A stretch of DNA of 64,000 nt from an uncultured Nitrososphaerales archaeon (GCA_963695855.1 CAVOHZ010000010.1:800001-864000); one strand, 5' to 3'; positions 1 through 11,052 are shown, numbered from the stretch's first letter. Notes: generated by a model not told the origin, from the sequence alone. Translations and numbers: made by a program.

Positions 1-200
1 GAGTAAATAAAGGGGCCCACCTTTTGGCCAATTTAAAATAGGTGCGCTTTTCCTATTGGTATTCTATAATTTTCTTTTTGTGTTTATTTTTAAATCTAAT
101 ATCTAATTTTAACTGGAGAAAAATATCCAATCAAATATGAATATACCTATATCAACGTTAATAACCACATTGTAATATTAAGACTAACTAAATCTGAGAG

Positions 201-2597
201 ATGGAACCTAAAATCACTTTAAAGTCTTGGAATCATATATTAGAATCAAAAATTCTCAAATATTGGGAAGACGAAGATCTATATAATTTTAATTTAAAAG
301 AAAATAATATTAACAATATATTTGTAATAGATACTCCCCCACCATATCCCTCAGGAAGACCATGGCATATTGGAGCGGCAGCACATTATGCACAGATTGA
401 CATGATTGCAAGATCGGCGAGAATGGACGGAAAGGTTGTTATGTTTCCAATTGGGATAGATCGAAATGGTCTTCCAGTTGAAATTTACACAGAAAGAAAA
501 TACAAGGTCAGAATGAGACAAATGGAAAGGGAAAAATTCCTAGACCTCTGCAAGTCTGCCCTTGATGATCTTGAATCAGAAATGATCAATATCATGAAGA
601 ATCTCGGAATTAGTGCGAACTTTAAAGAATATTATAGGACAGATTCGGTTGAATTTAGATCTCTCACTCAGAAAACTTTTATCGATTTGTGGAATAAAGG
701 TCTTGTATACATTTCTAACAGACCTAATAATTATTGTACAGATTGTGGTACAACCATTGCGGATGCAGAAATAATTTATGAAGATCTTCCGACAAATTTA
801 GTTTACATGTATTTCGGTATTGAAAATAGCAATACCGATAAATTAATTATAGCATCAACTCGTCCAGAATTGCTTTTTGCATGTCAAGCTATCATAGTTA
901 ATCCTAAAGATGATCGGTATTATCAATTTCACGGAAAAAAAGTAATACTGCCACTTTTCAACAGGAAAGTACCAATTCTTGTTCATCACTCAGTAAAACC
1001 GGAATTTGGAACAGGTATGGTAATGGTATGTAGTTACGGAGATCAAAACGATGTACAAGTTTTTAGAGACTTGAAACTAAAGGAAATAGTTGCTCTTGAT
1101 CAAAATGGTTATACTACGGATGAGGCTACGCCTTACCAAAATTTAATGATTAATAATGCAAGAGAAAAAATAGTTAAAGATTTAAGAGAAGGCGGCTTCG
1201 TTGAACGGGAGGAAAAAATAGTTCATCGTACACCACTTTGTGAGAGAAGTAAGACGCCTGTACAAATCATCCCTCTACATGACTATTATTTAAAGCAATT
1301 AGAATATGTGACAGTCTTGAAAGACATCTCAAATAATATTTGTTTTTATCCTGAAATACATAAACAGATCTTAAATAATTGGCTTGATGCAATTTCAATA
1401 GATTGGCCAATTTCAAGAAGAAGATTTTATGGTACTGAAATACCTGTATGGTTTTGTAATAATTGTCAGACTCCAAATCTTCCTGATTCTGGACACTATT
1501 ATCAGCCTTGGAAGGAAAGACCGCCTTTCGATAGATGTTCTAATTGTGGATCAACAGAGTTTACTGGAGAGGAAAAAACTTTTGATACGTGGATGGATTC
1601 TAGTATTACACCGTTATTTATTTCCAAATTCTCCCGAGATGCGAAATTTTACAAGCATGCTTATCCTTGTACAATCAGACCCCAGGCAAAGGATATTATA
1701 AGAACGTGGTTGTATTATACTCTGCTTAGATGTTACCAGCTTACGGACACATTGGCTTGGAATAATGTATGGATTATGGGTTATGGGGTTGATGAAAAAG
1801 GGAAAAAAATGAGTAAAAGTAAAGGTAATGTCATTGATCCTTTTCCTGTTATACAGCAGTTTGGAGCAGATACATTTAGGTTTTGGTCTGCAAGTGAAAC
1901 AAATTTAGGTCAAGATTTTCGTTGTTCTGAGCAAAATATATCTATATCTCAAAAATTTTTGTCTAAATTGTGGAATTTAGGAAGATTTCTATCATCATTT
2001 CCAATCCCTAAAGAAATTTTTGCAGATATTGATAGAAAAAGTATTTTACCAACTGATAAATGGATACTTTCAGAATTATTTAGACTTGTGGAGAATTGTA
2101 GTAAGGGATACAATATATTTAATTTTTTCATTCCTTCGAATCATATACGTGACTTTACTTGGAATCTTTTTGCTTCCCACTATGTTGAGATGGTCAAATC
2201 CCGAGTCTATGATGACTCTGATCCAGCCTCTCAAAATTCTGCACTTTATGCATTGCATAAATGTTTTTCGACCATATTGCTATTACTTGCACCAATTTGT
2301 CCTTTTATTACCGAAGAACTATGGAAAACACTTTATTCTTCACGAAGTATACATTTACAGAAAAAACCATTGACAAATGATTTTTTCAAAGATTTTGAAA
2401 AATTTACACAAAAAATCGTAGAATTTAATTCATTTGTATGGAATAGGAAAAAAGAATCTATTAACCCAGATACTGGTAAACCGGCTTCATTAAAAGACCC
2501 TATCTCAGTATCCGTTCCATTAGAGTTGCAAGAATTCCAAAAAGATCTTCAGCATATGCACAATTTGCATAATATCAATAATATTAACGATAATTGA
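201..2597 (+). CDS. valS: Valine--tRNA ligase (archaeal type)
   Basis: DTPPPYPSG..HIG (HIGH-like) motif, DTWMDSS, KMSKS motif, anticodon-binding C-terminus; 798 aa. Confidence 0.95.
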   Translation: MEPKITLKSWNHILESKILKYWEDEDLYNFNLKENNINNIFVIDTPPPYPSGRPWHIGAAAHYAQIDMIARSARMDGKVVMFPIGIDRNGLPVEIYTERKYKVRMRQMEREKFLDLCKSALDDLESEMINIMKNLGISANFKEYYRTDSVEFRSLTQKTFIDLWNKGLVYISNRPNNYCTDCGTTIADAEIIYEDLPTNLVYMYFGIENSNTDKLIIASTRPELLFACQAIIVNPKDDRYYQFHGKKVILPLFNRKVPILVHHSVKPEFGTGMVMVCSYGDQNDVQVFRDLKLKEIVALDQNGYTTDEATPYQNLMINNAREKIVKDLREGGFVEREEKIVHRTPLCERSKTPVQIIPLHDYYLKQLEYVTVLKDISNNICFYPEIHKQILNNWLDAISIDWPISRRRFYGTEIPVWFCNNCQTPNLPDSGHYYQPWKERPPFDRCSNCGSTEFTGEEKTFDTWMDSSITPLFISKFSRDAKFYKHAYPCTIRPQAKDIIRTWLYYTLLRCYQLTDTLAWNNVWIMGYGVDEKGKKMSKSKGNVIDPFPVIQQFGADTFRFWSASETNLGQDFRCSEQNISISQKFLSKLWNLGRFLSSFPIPKEIFADIDRKSILPTDKWILSELFRLVENCSKGYNIFNFFIPSNHIRDFTWNLFASHYVEMVKSRVYDDSDPASQNSALYALHKCFSTILLLLAPICPFITEELWKTLYSSRSIHLQKKPLTNDFFKDFEKFTQKIVEFNSFVWNRKKESINPDTGKPASLKDPISVSVPLELQEFQKDLQHMHNLHNINNINDN

Positions 2598-2668
2598 ATG
2601 TTATTTCTATTTACTTCATGAAATTGCGAAAAGAAAAATAAAGATTGATAATAATACATTAAAAACAA

Positions 2669-3055
2669 TTAACTATCTATTTTACCATTAATCATGTCCA
2701 AAGAATCTTCTGCTACGTCGATTACTGTATGCGAATCAATATTCGGTTCCAAAGTAATCAAAACTACCATTTTATCTAAGTATATTGTCAGAATAGATAT
2801 TTTTTCACGTTCTACGTAGGAGAATCTAACCTTTCCCAAGGTTTCGTCAAATCTTTCTCTCATGGATCTTCTAATAGATGTTTGAGCAAGATAGAGTTCC
2901 TCGCTTGTTTCATCTACAATAGAGTCAATACCTTTCCTCATACCACCAGCTATCAATGCCCCGCTCTCATCAACTACCCCGGCATATCTTATGTCATCAT
3001 GTAAAGCAAATATCGATTTACATAACTTGTTGTAATCCATTGGTAAGTTAACCAA
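2669..3055 (-). CDS. Roadblock/longin-like small protein (thaumarchaeal DUF6659-like)
   Basis: IRYAGVVD..G..IAGGMRKG pattern typical of this expanded thaumarchaeal family. Confidence 0.7.
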   Translation of the reverse strand: MVNLPMDYNKLCKSIFALHDDIRYAGVVDESGALIAGGMRKGIDSIVDETSEELYLAQTSIRRSMRERFDETLGKVRFSYVEREKISILTIYLDKMVVLITLEPNIDSHTVIDVAEDSLDMINGKIDS

Positions 3056-4216
3056 TAATTCTATTATTGAATGTTCGGGTTGATCCTAAAAATAAATAAC
3101 TAAGACAATAAATCAAATTTTATACTAAAGCCAGCCTAATTTCAGCTTGAATTTAACATACAAGAAAAACATATATCTGAATACAAGAAAAACACGATTT
3201 TTAGTAATTTTTCTCATTCTGCTCAAACGATATTTTACAAACGACACTGTTATTTCAATAATAATATACAAGCATCTTTCACTTAAAGTTTACCAGAAAT
3301 GAATTTATTTATTTTTAAGCAATTTTATTTATAAATTTTATATAAAACTTATGACTTCGTCTTTAATAGATTTAACAAATTATGAGCTATTAATAACTTA
3401 TTCTTTTTAATTAAATTCTTGATATTAAAACAAAGAAAATACTAAATTAATTTAAGATAATTCAAAGAACTGTATTAACAAACAAAATTTAATAAATAAA
3501 ATTTGAAATCATGACTGACATTTATCGAAATATCAAGAATATTTTATAGATTAAGGTAATTAGCTTTACTCTACATCCTTATTTTGCAATTTTAATGTCA
3601 TGTTTCAAAATAAGTAAAAAATTATGGTGTTTTATGAAAAATACACTTCTATATAATAGCAATATAAGTATTAACAAAATACTATATTGTAATTTTATAT
3701 TTTCATTACCGTGCTGACAATGCCATTAAATAGTAATATTTCCAAGTTTTTTCAACAATATATTGTATATTTAGTCACTTTTATTTTTTAAAATATGATA
3801 TTTATAAAGCTATATTTATCTAAACATTGTGGAAAAAAAGATAATAATTCAGGGTAGTAGATTTTAGGTTAGATGGTTCCAATTTTTTTTACGAAAACTC
3901 TCATCGTAATATTAAATTACAATAATAGATAAGAAGAATCATTTTTTCAATTCAATTAATATAATAGTCAAGAATAGTTAAAAAATAAGATAATACTATA
4001 GAAAAGACGAGTATAATAAGTTATTGAATTTACTATATAATTGTCTCCATCTTTTTATTATCTAGAGCTAACTTTACAAATTAGACTTTCCAGTATAAAA
4101 CAAACAGGAAAAAACCAAAATGAGTTGAATCGGAATGTTGATTAAGTAGCTGCAAAATTTGATTTAATATTGTTAACCTTTATACAGTAAGGAATTTAGT
4201 GATTTTCTTTCTGAAT
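3056..4216. other. Candidate replication origin (oriC)
   Basis: 1.16-kb very AT-rich ORF-free gap next to the cdc6 operon; ORB-like TTTCCAGTATAAAACAAACAGG at 4087-4108; direct repeat ATACAAGAAAAACA at 3158 and 3181. Confidence 0.5.
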
Positions 4217-4522
4217 CTAAAGATAATGTTTTTCGCCAGTATATCCTATATCTTGAAAAAATGAAATTATTTTTTTGATAAACTTGTCTTCTCTATTTAA
4301 TGAATAAACATAATTTCCTAATTTCTGTTCTATTACCCAATTTATCTGTATCAACTCTGATAAATTTCTTTTAATATCTTCTCTTTTCAAGTGTGTTTTC
4401 TTGTGAAGAGCATAAACGGTAAACAATTTGTTTTCTTCTGCCATTGTTCTTAATATTCTTATTTTTCCTATTGTTCCAAAGCCCGTTTCCACTATATCTT
4501 TTACAGATCTATCTTCACTCAT
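4217..4522 (-). CDS. Winged-helix transcriptional regulator, co-transcribed with cdc6
   Basis: 101-aa wHTH pattern (KIRILRTM..FTVYALHKKTHLKREDIKRNLSEL); 3 bp downstream of cdc6. Confidence 0.7.
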   Translation of the reverse strand: MSEDRSVKDIVETGFGTIGKIRILRTMAEENKLFTVYALHKKTHLKREDIKRNLSELIQINWVIEQKLGNYVYSLNREDKFIKKIISFFQDIGYTGEKHYL

Positions 4523-4525
4523 CTT

Positions 4526-5689
4526 CTAACTCTTCTTTCCATTTATGATATCTTCTAAAATTTTTTCTAGTTTATCAATTGATGCAGATAACAAACTAAT
4601 CTTTTTAAGAGAATGAATTCTTATTATCTTCTTTGTATCCAGTTCACTCAACACATCCTCTACATCAACTTTTTTTATCTTATTTTCTTTAGCGATATCT
4701 ATGACCTGCATTCTGATCTCTTTTAGTTCTACATGATCCTTTTTTTTGATTCGCAATCCTCTAATTATTGCAAGTAGTATAACAATTTGTTCTTTGGATA
4801 AATCCTTAAGATCTTCATCGGTTATCCCTTTATAAATTTGTTCATGTACTCTTTTAACTTGGTCTAAAAGTATTTTTTTTGTTCCTTCATTCTCAGCAAC
4901 ATTTCCTGCATATGTTAAAAGATCTAATGCGTATCTAATATCTCCATTTATCCCAGGTGAAATTATTATTCTTGAGATCCAATCTATTATATCTGTAGAA
5001 ATCACCTCTTTGTTGAAAGCCTCTACTGATCTTTGTACGAGTATATCACTGACTTGTTCAATTGTATATGTTGGAAATTCAATTGGTATTCTTCCTAAAG
5101 AACTTAATTCTGCTTCATCTAATTTTTCATAAAATTCAATACTTCTAGCAATAAAGATGACTCCTTTAACATTACATCTCTTATTAGGGTTGAATTCATT
5201 GAGGCGGGTCAAGTCATAAATTATTCCAATATCTTTTGATATCTTGATGAGATAGTCAATCTCATCCAATATTATTAAAGCATAAGATGATGTATTATCG
5301 AGATACTCAATCATTTGTCTTAACATCTCTTCAGCACTCAGTCCTTGTGCTGGTAATTCGGGAGCGATACATCCAAGCATATATTTATAAATCGCGTATT
5401 TGTTACCACCTTGTAATTTTAGATTAATATATACAATTTTTGAATTAATTTTATTATTTGCTAGTTCTTCTTTTAATAAATTTCCAAATCTAATAAGTGT
5501 AGATGTCTTACCAATTCCAGCTTGACCTATTATCTGTAAAATTATTAGGGGGTATTTGTCAGGATCGTTTTTTAAATTACTAAATGTTCTTTTGAGTAGA
5601 TCAATTTGTTTTTCCCTGTGTGGTAATTCTTCTGGAATATATCTTGGCGAAAGTTTAGTCCGATCCTTAAAAACGAAGCTTTCCTCCAT
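4526..5689 (-). CDS. cdc6: Orc1/Cdc6 replication initiator
   Basis: LSPRYIPEELPHRE N-terminus, Walker A GQAGIGKT, Walker B IILDEID, GDIRYALDLL sensor, C-terminal wHTH. Confidence 0.95.
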   Translation of the reverse strand: MEESFVFKDRTKLSPRYIPEELPHREKQIDLLKRTFSNLKNDPDKYPLIILQIIGQAGIGKTSTLIRFGNLLKEELANNKINSKIVYINLKLQGGNKYAIYKYMLGCIAPELPAQGLSAEEMLRQMIEYLDNTSSYALIILDEIDYLIKISKDIGIIYDLTRLNEFNPNKRCNVKGVIFIARSIEFYEKLDEAELSSLGRIPIEFPTYTIEQVSDILVQRSVEAFNKEVISTDIIDWISRIIISPGINGDIRYALDLLTYAGNVAENEGTKKILLDQVKRVHEQIYKGITDEDLKDLSKEQIVILLAIIRGLRIKKKDHVELKEIRMQVIDIAKENKIKKVDVEDVLSELDTKKIIRIHSLKKISLLSASIDKLEKILEDIINGKKS

Positions 5690-5820
5690 GAGATTATTTA
5701 TTCATATTCTATCTAGTTGTTATTATTATTATTTCTTTATGATTTTTAGACTCGATCAAAATAAATTCTTAATATATTGGTCAATTCGTAAATATACTCA
5801 GATCCAACATATTGTTTATC

Positions 5821-6798
5821 TTAAAATAGTTTATGCTTTGATAATTTCTTTGCTTTTATAAAATCTACAAAATAATATAGATATACTCTCTCATTAATTT
5901 TTAATATCCATGGAATAAAAGCTTCCTTTTTCTGAGTGGATTCATTGATTTCAAATCCACTTTCTTCTATTAATTCCCTGAATGATCTTCCATCATATTT
6001 TTTTTCAATTTCTTTACCTCTGTTATAATCATATGGATCTGTAAAAATGACATCACTATGGGGTTTTAATAATTTATGAACTGATAACAATAATTCCTTT
6101 GGCTTTACCAATTCTATTAAATTCATTGCCAATGTCAAGTCAAATTTCATATTATGAAAAGGGAGAGAACTTACATCAGAGACACAAAATTCAGTATTAC
6201 CTTGTATATCTTCCTGCATCAATTTACGAGCTTCTTTTATAAACGAAAACGAAAGATCTACTCCTATGACAAATGAATATTTTTTTGCTAGCTTGAGTGT
6301 AGTTTTTCCCATCGCACATCCAAGATCTAGAGCTATTCCATCAAGTTTTGGATTTATACTACTAATTATACGATCGTATAGCTCATTTGGATTTATGTTC
6401 CATCTTAACGATTTAATTAATCTATCCTCGTCATGTTTTTCTAGTTGGAGCCATTTATATGGTGAGTACCATATTCCGCCTTCTTCATATATGTTACTTC
6501 CAATTGGACTAGATAAAGATTCTCCAGCGTTTCTCAAAAAATACTTCATTTCGTTTGTTTGACATTCTAATAACCATTTTCCATACATTTCAGTACGATT
6601 TTGAATATAATTTGAAAAATTCTTTAGAATTATTGCAACCCCTTCTATTATGGGGTATTTGGAATTACAATCTGGACATATTAAAAAACCTTCAATACAG
6701 TCTTTTCCCTCCTTATCTATTAGATTTTCCAACTGCAATCTGATTTGTTTATCTAAATGATTTAGACATATTAGGTGATTTGCAAAAAGTCTCTTCAA
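5821..6798 (-). CDS. Class I SAM-dependent methyltransferase with N-terminal Trm112-like Zn domain
   Basis: LIC..EGFLICPDCNSKYPIIEGV (Trm112-like) plus LDLGCAMG SAM motif I. Confidence 0.8.
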   Translation of the reverse strand: MKRLFANHLICLNHLDKQIRLQLENLIDKEGKDCIEGFLICPDCNSKYPIIEGVAIILKNFSNYIQNRTEMYGKWLLECQTNEMKYFLRNAGESLSSPIGSNIYEEGGIWYSPYKWLQLEKHDEDRLIKSLRWNINPNELYDRIISSINPKLDGIALDLGCAMGKTTLKLAKKYSFVIGVDLSFSFIKEARKLMQEDIQGNTEFCVSDVSSLPFHNMKFDLTLAMNLIELVKPKELLLSVHKLLKPHSDVIFTDPYDYNRGKEIEKKYDGRSFRELIEESGFEINESTQKKEAFIPWILKINERVYLYYFVDFIKAKKLSKHKLF

Positions 6799-6936
6799 TC
6801 TTCTGTCTAAGTAGTAATTATTTGGGAAAAATATAATTCTATGTTATTAGAAAAATATGAAAAATAATTAATATCAGATTATAAGAAAAAAATGGAAAAA
6901 TTAAATTTACTATAAAGTAAATTTAGCTTTTTTTTT

Positions 6937-8271
6937 TCATGATACTACTACTATTCCTCTGGATATTCCATTCCTCGTTTTATCGGCTGAGACAGTATCT
7001 GGAAAGGTTATTCCTTTGATGTTCAATTCTATCTGGTAAATTCCTTTTGATGGAAATTTAATCATCTGTGAATCCGATGCGTTCTCTCCAGTTAGATTTT
7101 CTTTTTTTATAATTTGATTTCCTTTTTGATCATAAAAAGTTAGGTCATATTTTATATCTCCCTTAATTGCTGAAGCTGCCAGTGCATCAGAAAAGGTTAA
7201 TTTTAATGCATTATCTTGATTTGATAGTACCTCACTAGGCCATTCAAATCTTGTTAGTATTCCTCCCTTGTCTGATACAATCTCTGGTGTTGTTTCGACA
7301 ATTTTTTCTTTAGCGGGGGACAAATTAAATGTCATAGTTTTTAAACCTTGGTTTTGAAGAGATTCTGCTAGTTTCAAAATATCGGCTTTGTTCAAAAGGA
7401 AGTGTAATATTAAGTTCTTTTCCTCCGTGAATGGGTCAATAGCAATGGCCCTTCCAGTCAAAGGATTGCCATTTACTATTGCATGGAAAGAAGTACTATC
7501 TCCAAATTCAGTAAATACTTTGGGTATCTTGACTTCCTCATGTACGAAAATATTTTGTTCTTGGATTCTCTTGAGATCCCAATTAAAAGGCATTATCCAT
7601 GAAATATCTTTCTTTGGTGAATCATAGGTAAAATTCTGTATTTGATCATAATAAGATATTATGGTAATATTGTAGTTCTTGTCACTTTCCTTAATATTGT
7701 CCTTATAGATGTCTCCGACACTTAGGTAAGAATCAAACCTAGGTGCAGTTTCAGGAGTGAAAATATTTCTATCGTAATCTATTCCAAATATTTCTATTGC
7801 AAAGTGATATAATCCTCCTTCCAACAATATGGGGCCGCTTATAGAGATATCTCCAGTTTCACTTGTCCAACCGCCAAGAAATGGTTCTGTTGAACCAAAA
7901 ATATTTACAATATTTCCTTGTTGTGGGTTTATTTTTAGCTTCAAAGGTCCTTGATGAGAATGAAACAGGTCCCTCATTATCAATTTTCCATCTTTTTCTA
8001 CCGAAATAAAATACGAAACATGTTCTATGTTTTTGTCAGTCTTCGCATCAAATAATTTTAATTCAAAAAAGGCATTTTCCTTGCTTTCAGATGTTAGAAT
8101 AGGTGGACTGATTTTTGTATATAAACTTGCTTCCCTGTCCCCGACCGATGCAGGAGGTAATGTTTCTTCGAATAGGCCATCTGCAATAACACTCTGAATA
8201 GGGCTACATATAAAAAATACAACTACAAATAAAACTGTTAATAACTGCCCATAAAGAAGAAAAATTAACAT
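6937..8271 (-). CDS. Secreted/surface protein of a conserved thaumarchaeal family
   Basis: Signal peptide; FHSHQGPL, GGLYHF, ISYYDQI, MPFNW, HEEVKIP motifs; paralog at 55802-56842. Confidence 0.65.
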   Translation of the reverse strand: MLIFLLYGQLLTVLFVVVFFICSPIQSVIADGLFEETLPPASVGDREASLYTKISPPILTSESKENAFFELKLFDAKTDKNIEHVSYFISVEKDGKLIMRDLFHSHQGPLKLKINPQQGNIVNIFGSTEPFLGGWTSETGDISISGPILLEGGLYHFAIEIFGIDYDRNIFTPETAPRFDSYLSVGDIYKDNIKESDKNYNITIISYYDQIQNFTYDSPKKDISWIMPFNWDLKRIQEQNIFVHEEVKIPKVFTEFGDSTSFHAIVNGNPLTGRAIAIDPFTEEKNLILHFLLNKADILKLAESLQNQGLKTMTFNLSPAKEKIVETTPEIVSDKGGILTRFEWPSEVLSNQDNALKLTFSDALAASAIKGDIKYDLTFYDQKGNQIIKKENLTGENASDSQMIKFPSKGIYQIELNIKGITFPDTVSADKTRNGISRGIVVVS

Positions 8272-8313
8272 CTGAATTTGTGAATATTGTCCTAGTTTTT
8301 AAAAATCTTTCTT

Positions 8314-9042
8314 TTATAAACCAAGTGATTGAATAGATAAAAATTTTTCGCATTCATAAATCAATCTGGAAACTACAACATGTGCTTCTAAACTATATTT
8401 AGATATCGAGTATATTTTATTCATCCTGTCAATAACTTCTTGGGAAAGATGTCCACTCTGAAATCCTCCAATTACAAAAACGTAATGGCCATCATCTTTT
8501 TTCAAGTTTTCAGTTAAAATGGTCTCGATATCTTGATATTTTCCAAAGGTAGAAAAGCCTATAATTTCGTCAGGTTTCACAATTTTTCCTATTAATTCAT
8601 TAAAAGTCATATCCTTGATTTGTAATAGAATCTTCCTATCGGAATTTGAAGATAATATCTCCTTCTCAAGGAATAGCTTCATCATCAGTCCTTCAAATCT
8701 TTTATAAGATTTTGGAATCCGTAAATTCTCCCCTATCAGAATTACTTTATTATCAATTGTGTGAATATAAACTCCTACTAACCTATTATAAAATAAAGGC
8801 GTAGAAAGTATACATAACAAACATAAATGTATAATATCAGGACGTCCACGTTTCCATCTTGATTCAATTCCTCCCTTTTCCATAGCAGAATAGTGATAAT
8901 TTATATCTAGCAAAATTTCTTTTACAGGCCTTTTCATCTTTTTCGCATAATTTTTAACAACAATAATATTTTGTAAGTTTTTTGGGATGGTTTCAATCGC
9001 TGCCTCGGCAATTATTATCGATAACCGCAATTTAATATTCAC
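8314..9042 (-). CDS. nep1: 16S rRNA pseudouridine N1-methyltransferase Nep1
   Basis: LLD.NYH, RGRPDIIH, RIPKSYKRFEGLM, IGGFQSG SPOUT motifs. Confidence 0.92.
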   Translation of the reverse strand: MNIKLRLSIIIAEAAIETIPKNLQNIIVVKNYAKKMKRPVKEILLDINYHYSAMEKGGIESRWKRGRPDIIHLCLLCILSTPLFYNRLVGVYIHTIDNKVILIGENLRIPKSYKRFEGLMMKLFLEKEILSSNSDRKILLQIKDMTFNELIGKIVKPDEIIGFSTFGKYQDIETILTENLKKDDGHYVFVIGGFQSGHLSQEVIDRMNKIYSISKYSLEAHVVVSRLIYECEKFLSIQSLGL

Positions 9043-9072
9043 TAGTTGTAGCTGTTTATAATTTGGTTGTGA

Positions 9073-9114
9073 TTGATTTCAAAAAATTAAAATTTGATTT
9101 CAAAAAATTAAAAT
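9073..9114. repeat. Perfect 21-bp tandem duplication TTGATTTCAAAAAATTAAAAT x2
   Basis: Read directly in the nep1/rnp4 divergent intergenic region. Confidence 0.9.
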
Positions 9115-9178
9115 TATTTATTTTTTAATCGATTTTCTTACATATCAAAGAAAGGTATTTTTATCTCAACAATTCAAT

Positions 9179-9490
9179 TTGGTATCTAGTGTGGTAAAAA
9201 GTGAGGCTAAATTAGTTGCATACGAACGGATATCTATATTAATCCACAGTGCTCTAAGTGAGAAACACCAAAATTATGATCTAGCAAACAAACAAGCACA
9301 ACTTGCAAAAAAAATTGCAAAAAGACTTAGATTAAAACTTCCATATAATCTTCGCCAATTTTATTGCAAGAAATGTAAAAATTTTATTTCACCAGGTTAC
9401 AATTCCAGAGTACGAATAGGGCGATCTAATGTCAAAGCAATAAGAATTACATGTCTAAGGTGTAACTATGTATACAGGAAATTATTTTAA
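9179..9490 (+). CDS. rnp4: RNase P protein component 4 (Rpp21)
   Basis: A.ERI, YCKKC..ISPG.N.RVR, TCLRC zinc motif. Confidence 0.92.
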   Translation: MVSSVVKSEAKLVAYERISILIHSALSEKHQNYDLANKQAQLAKKIAKRLRLKLPYNLRQFYCKKCKNFISPGYNSRVRIGRSNVKAIRITCLRCNYVYRKLF

Positions 9491-9548
9491 CACATTATGG
9501 ACAGAGAATAAGGTTTTATAAGGGTTCTAGAAATATTCTGATGTTATA

Positions 9549-10001
9549 ATGGCTAAAGTTTATGATGTGCCAGCTGATAAATTTATAGAAAAATTAGCTG
9601 GATATTTAAAAAATGATAAAAAAATTGAACCTCCATCTTGGTCCTATTTTGTAAAAACTGGGCCTCATACTGAAAAAATTCCTCAAAATAAAGATTGGTG
9701 GTACACCAGATGTGCTTCTCTCTTAAGAAAGGTGTACATTCATGGACCAGTTTCTGTAGCGGATCTAAAAGGTGAATATGGTGGGAAGAAACAAAGAGGA
9801 TACAATTTGGCACATCATGTAGATGCTAGTGGTGGAATAATTCGTACTGGTTTAAAACAGCTTGAGAATTCTGGTTACATAGTAAAAAAAGATAAGGGTA
9901 GAATAATTTCTGAAGATGGAATGAAGCGAGTGGATAGACTTGCAACTGAACTTCATAAAGAACTTCAAAAAGATTTTCCCGAGTTAGGCAGGTATTCCTG
10001 A
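9549..10001 (+). CDS. rps19e: 30S ribosomal protein S19e
   Basis: VYDVPAD, VKTG, DWWYTRCASLLRKVY, LKQLE motifs. Confidence 0.97.
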   Translation: MAKVYDVPADKFIEKLAGYLKNDKKIEPPSWSYFVKTGPHTEKIPQNKDWWYTRCASLLRKVYIHGPVSVADLKGEYGGKKQRGYNLAHHVDASGGIIRTGLKQLENSGYIVKKDKGRIISEDGMKRVDRLATELHKELQKDFPELGRYS

Positions 10002-10013
10002 ACTTGATGAAAC

Positions 10014-10301
10014 ATGTCACTCCCACAAAATAATAATCCAAGCGAAGAAGATCGTAAAAGAGAAGCAGATGCAGATGCAATGCGTCAAAAGGTTTTGATG
10101 GTACTTTTGGATGCATCTGCGAGACAAAGATTAGCTAATGTTAGGATGGTCAAACCGGAACTAGCAAATGCCGTTGAAAACTATCTAGTAAATGCGGCCT
10201 CCTCTGGTCGGTTAAATCGTGCGTTGACTGATGACGAGCTAAAACAAATTTTATTGAGCATTCAAAGTCCCAAGAAAGATTTTAAAATTAATCGAATCTA
10301 G
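10014..10301 (+). CDS. PDCD5-family DNA-binding protein
   Basis: ARQRLANVRMVKPELANAVENYL motif; usual position after rps19e. Confidence 0.9.
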   Translation: MSLPQNNNPSEEDRKREADADAMRQKVLMVLLDASARQRLANVRMVKPELANAVENYLVNAASSGRLNRALTDDELKQILLSIQSPKKDFKINRI

Positions 10302-10395
10302 TATCACCAAAAGGATTACATAATATTGATTTGTGAATCCGTTGTACTATATAAGTACTATAACAACAGGCTAAATTTTCATTATTCTGATTAAA

Positions 10396-11052
10396 TTGTT
10401 AGACTGCTTTCTACATCCTAAATTGCTGATGAAGGTCATTTCACATATTGAAGCTGGAAGATTCGACTTAACAGAGTTTCAAAATACACTCGAACTAGAC
10501 AATGATTCTGTATTTCAAGTTATTGTAAAATATCTGCTGAACAACAATATAGGGCAATTATCTGAAAAAGATAAAACAATATCTTTTTCTCGTTCTGACA
10601 AAATTTGGATCACTCTGATTGCAATTAGGAGGGGTTGTGACATACAAGAATGTTCTAGATTACTGTCATGGCAAGATTTTGAATCCTTGACTTCCCAAAT
10701 ATTAGGCCACTTTGAATACGATACCAAAGTTAATATCGTACTAACAAAACCACGATGTCAATTAGACGTAATAGCTATAAAAAACGACTTTCTAATTTCT
10801 ATTGATTGTAAGCATTGGAAAAATTATAGTAAATCCACTATTATGCCATATGTTGATAAACAAATAATACGTACTAAAAATTATTTACGCAGTAATAATA
10901 AAATAAAAAAGGCCCTTCCTATGCTTTTGACATTATACGATTCAAATTTTAAATTTATCAATGGTATACCAATTGTTCCTATAAGCTTTTTTAAATCATT
11001 TATATTTGAATTCGAATCTTTTAATGACAATATAGCGTATATATCAAGATAA
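10396..11052 (+). CDS. PD-(D/E)xK restriction-endonuclease-like protein (Mrr/NERD-like)
   Basis: LSWQDFE, QLDVIA, IDCKHW motifs. Confidence 0.75.
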   Translation: MLDCFLHPKLLMKVISHIEAGRFDLTEFQNTLELDNDSVFQVIVKYLLNNNIGQLSEKDKTISFSRSDKIWITLIAIRRGCDIQECSRLLSWQDFESLTSQILGHFEYDTKVNIVLTKPRCQLDVIAIKNDFLISIDCKHWKNYSKSTIMPYVDKQIIRTKNYLRSNNKIKKALPMLLTLYDSNFKFINGIPIVPISFFKSFIFEFESFNDNIAYISR

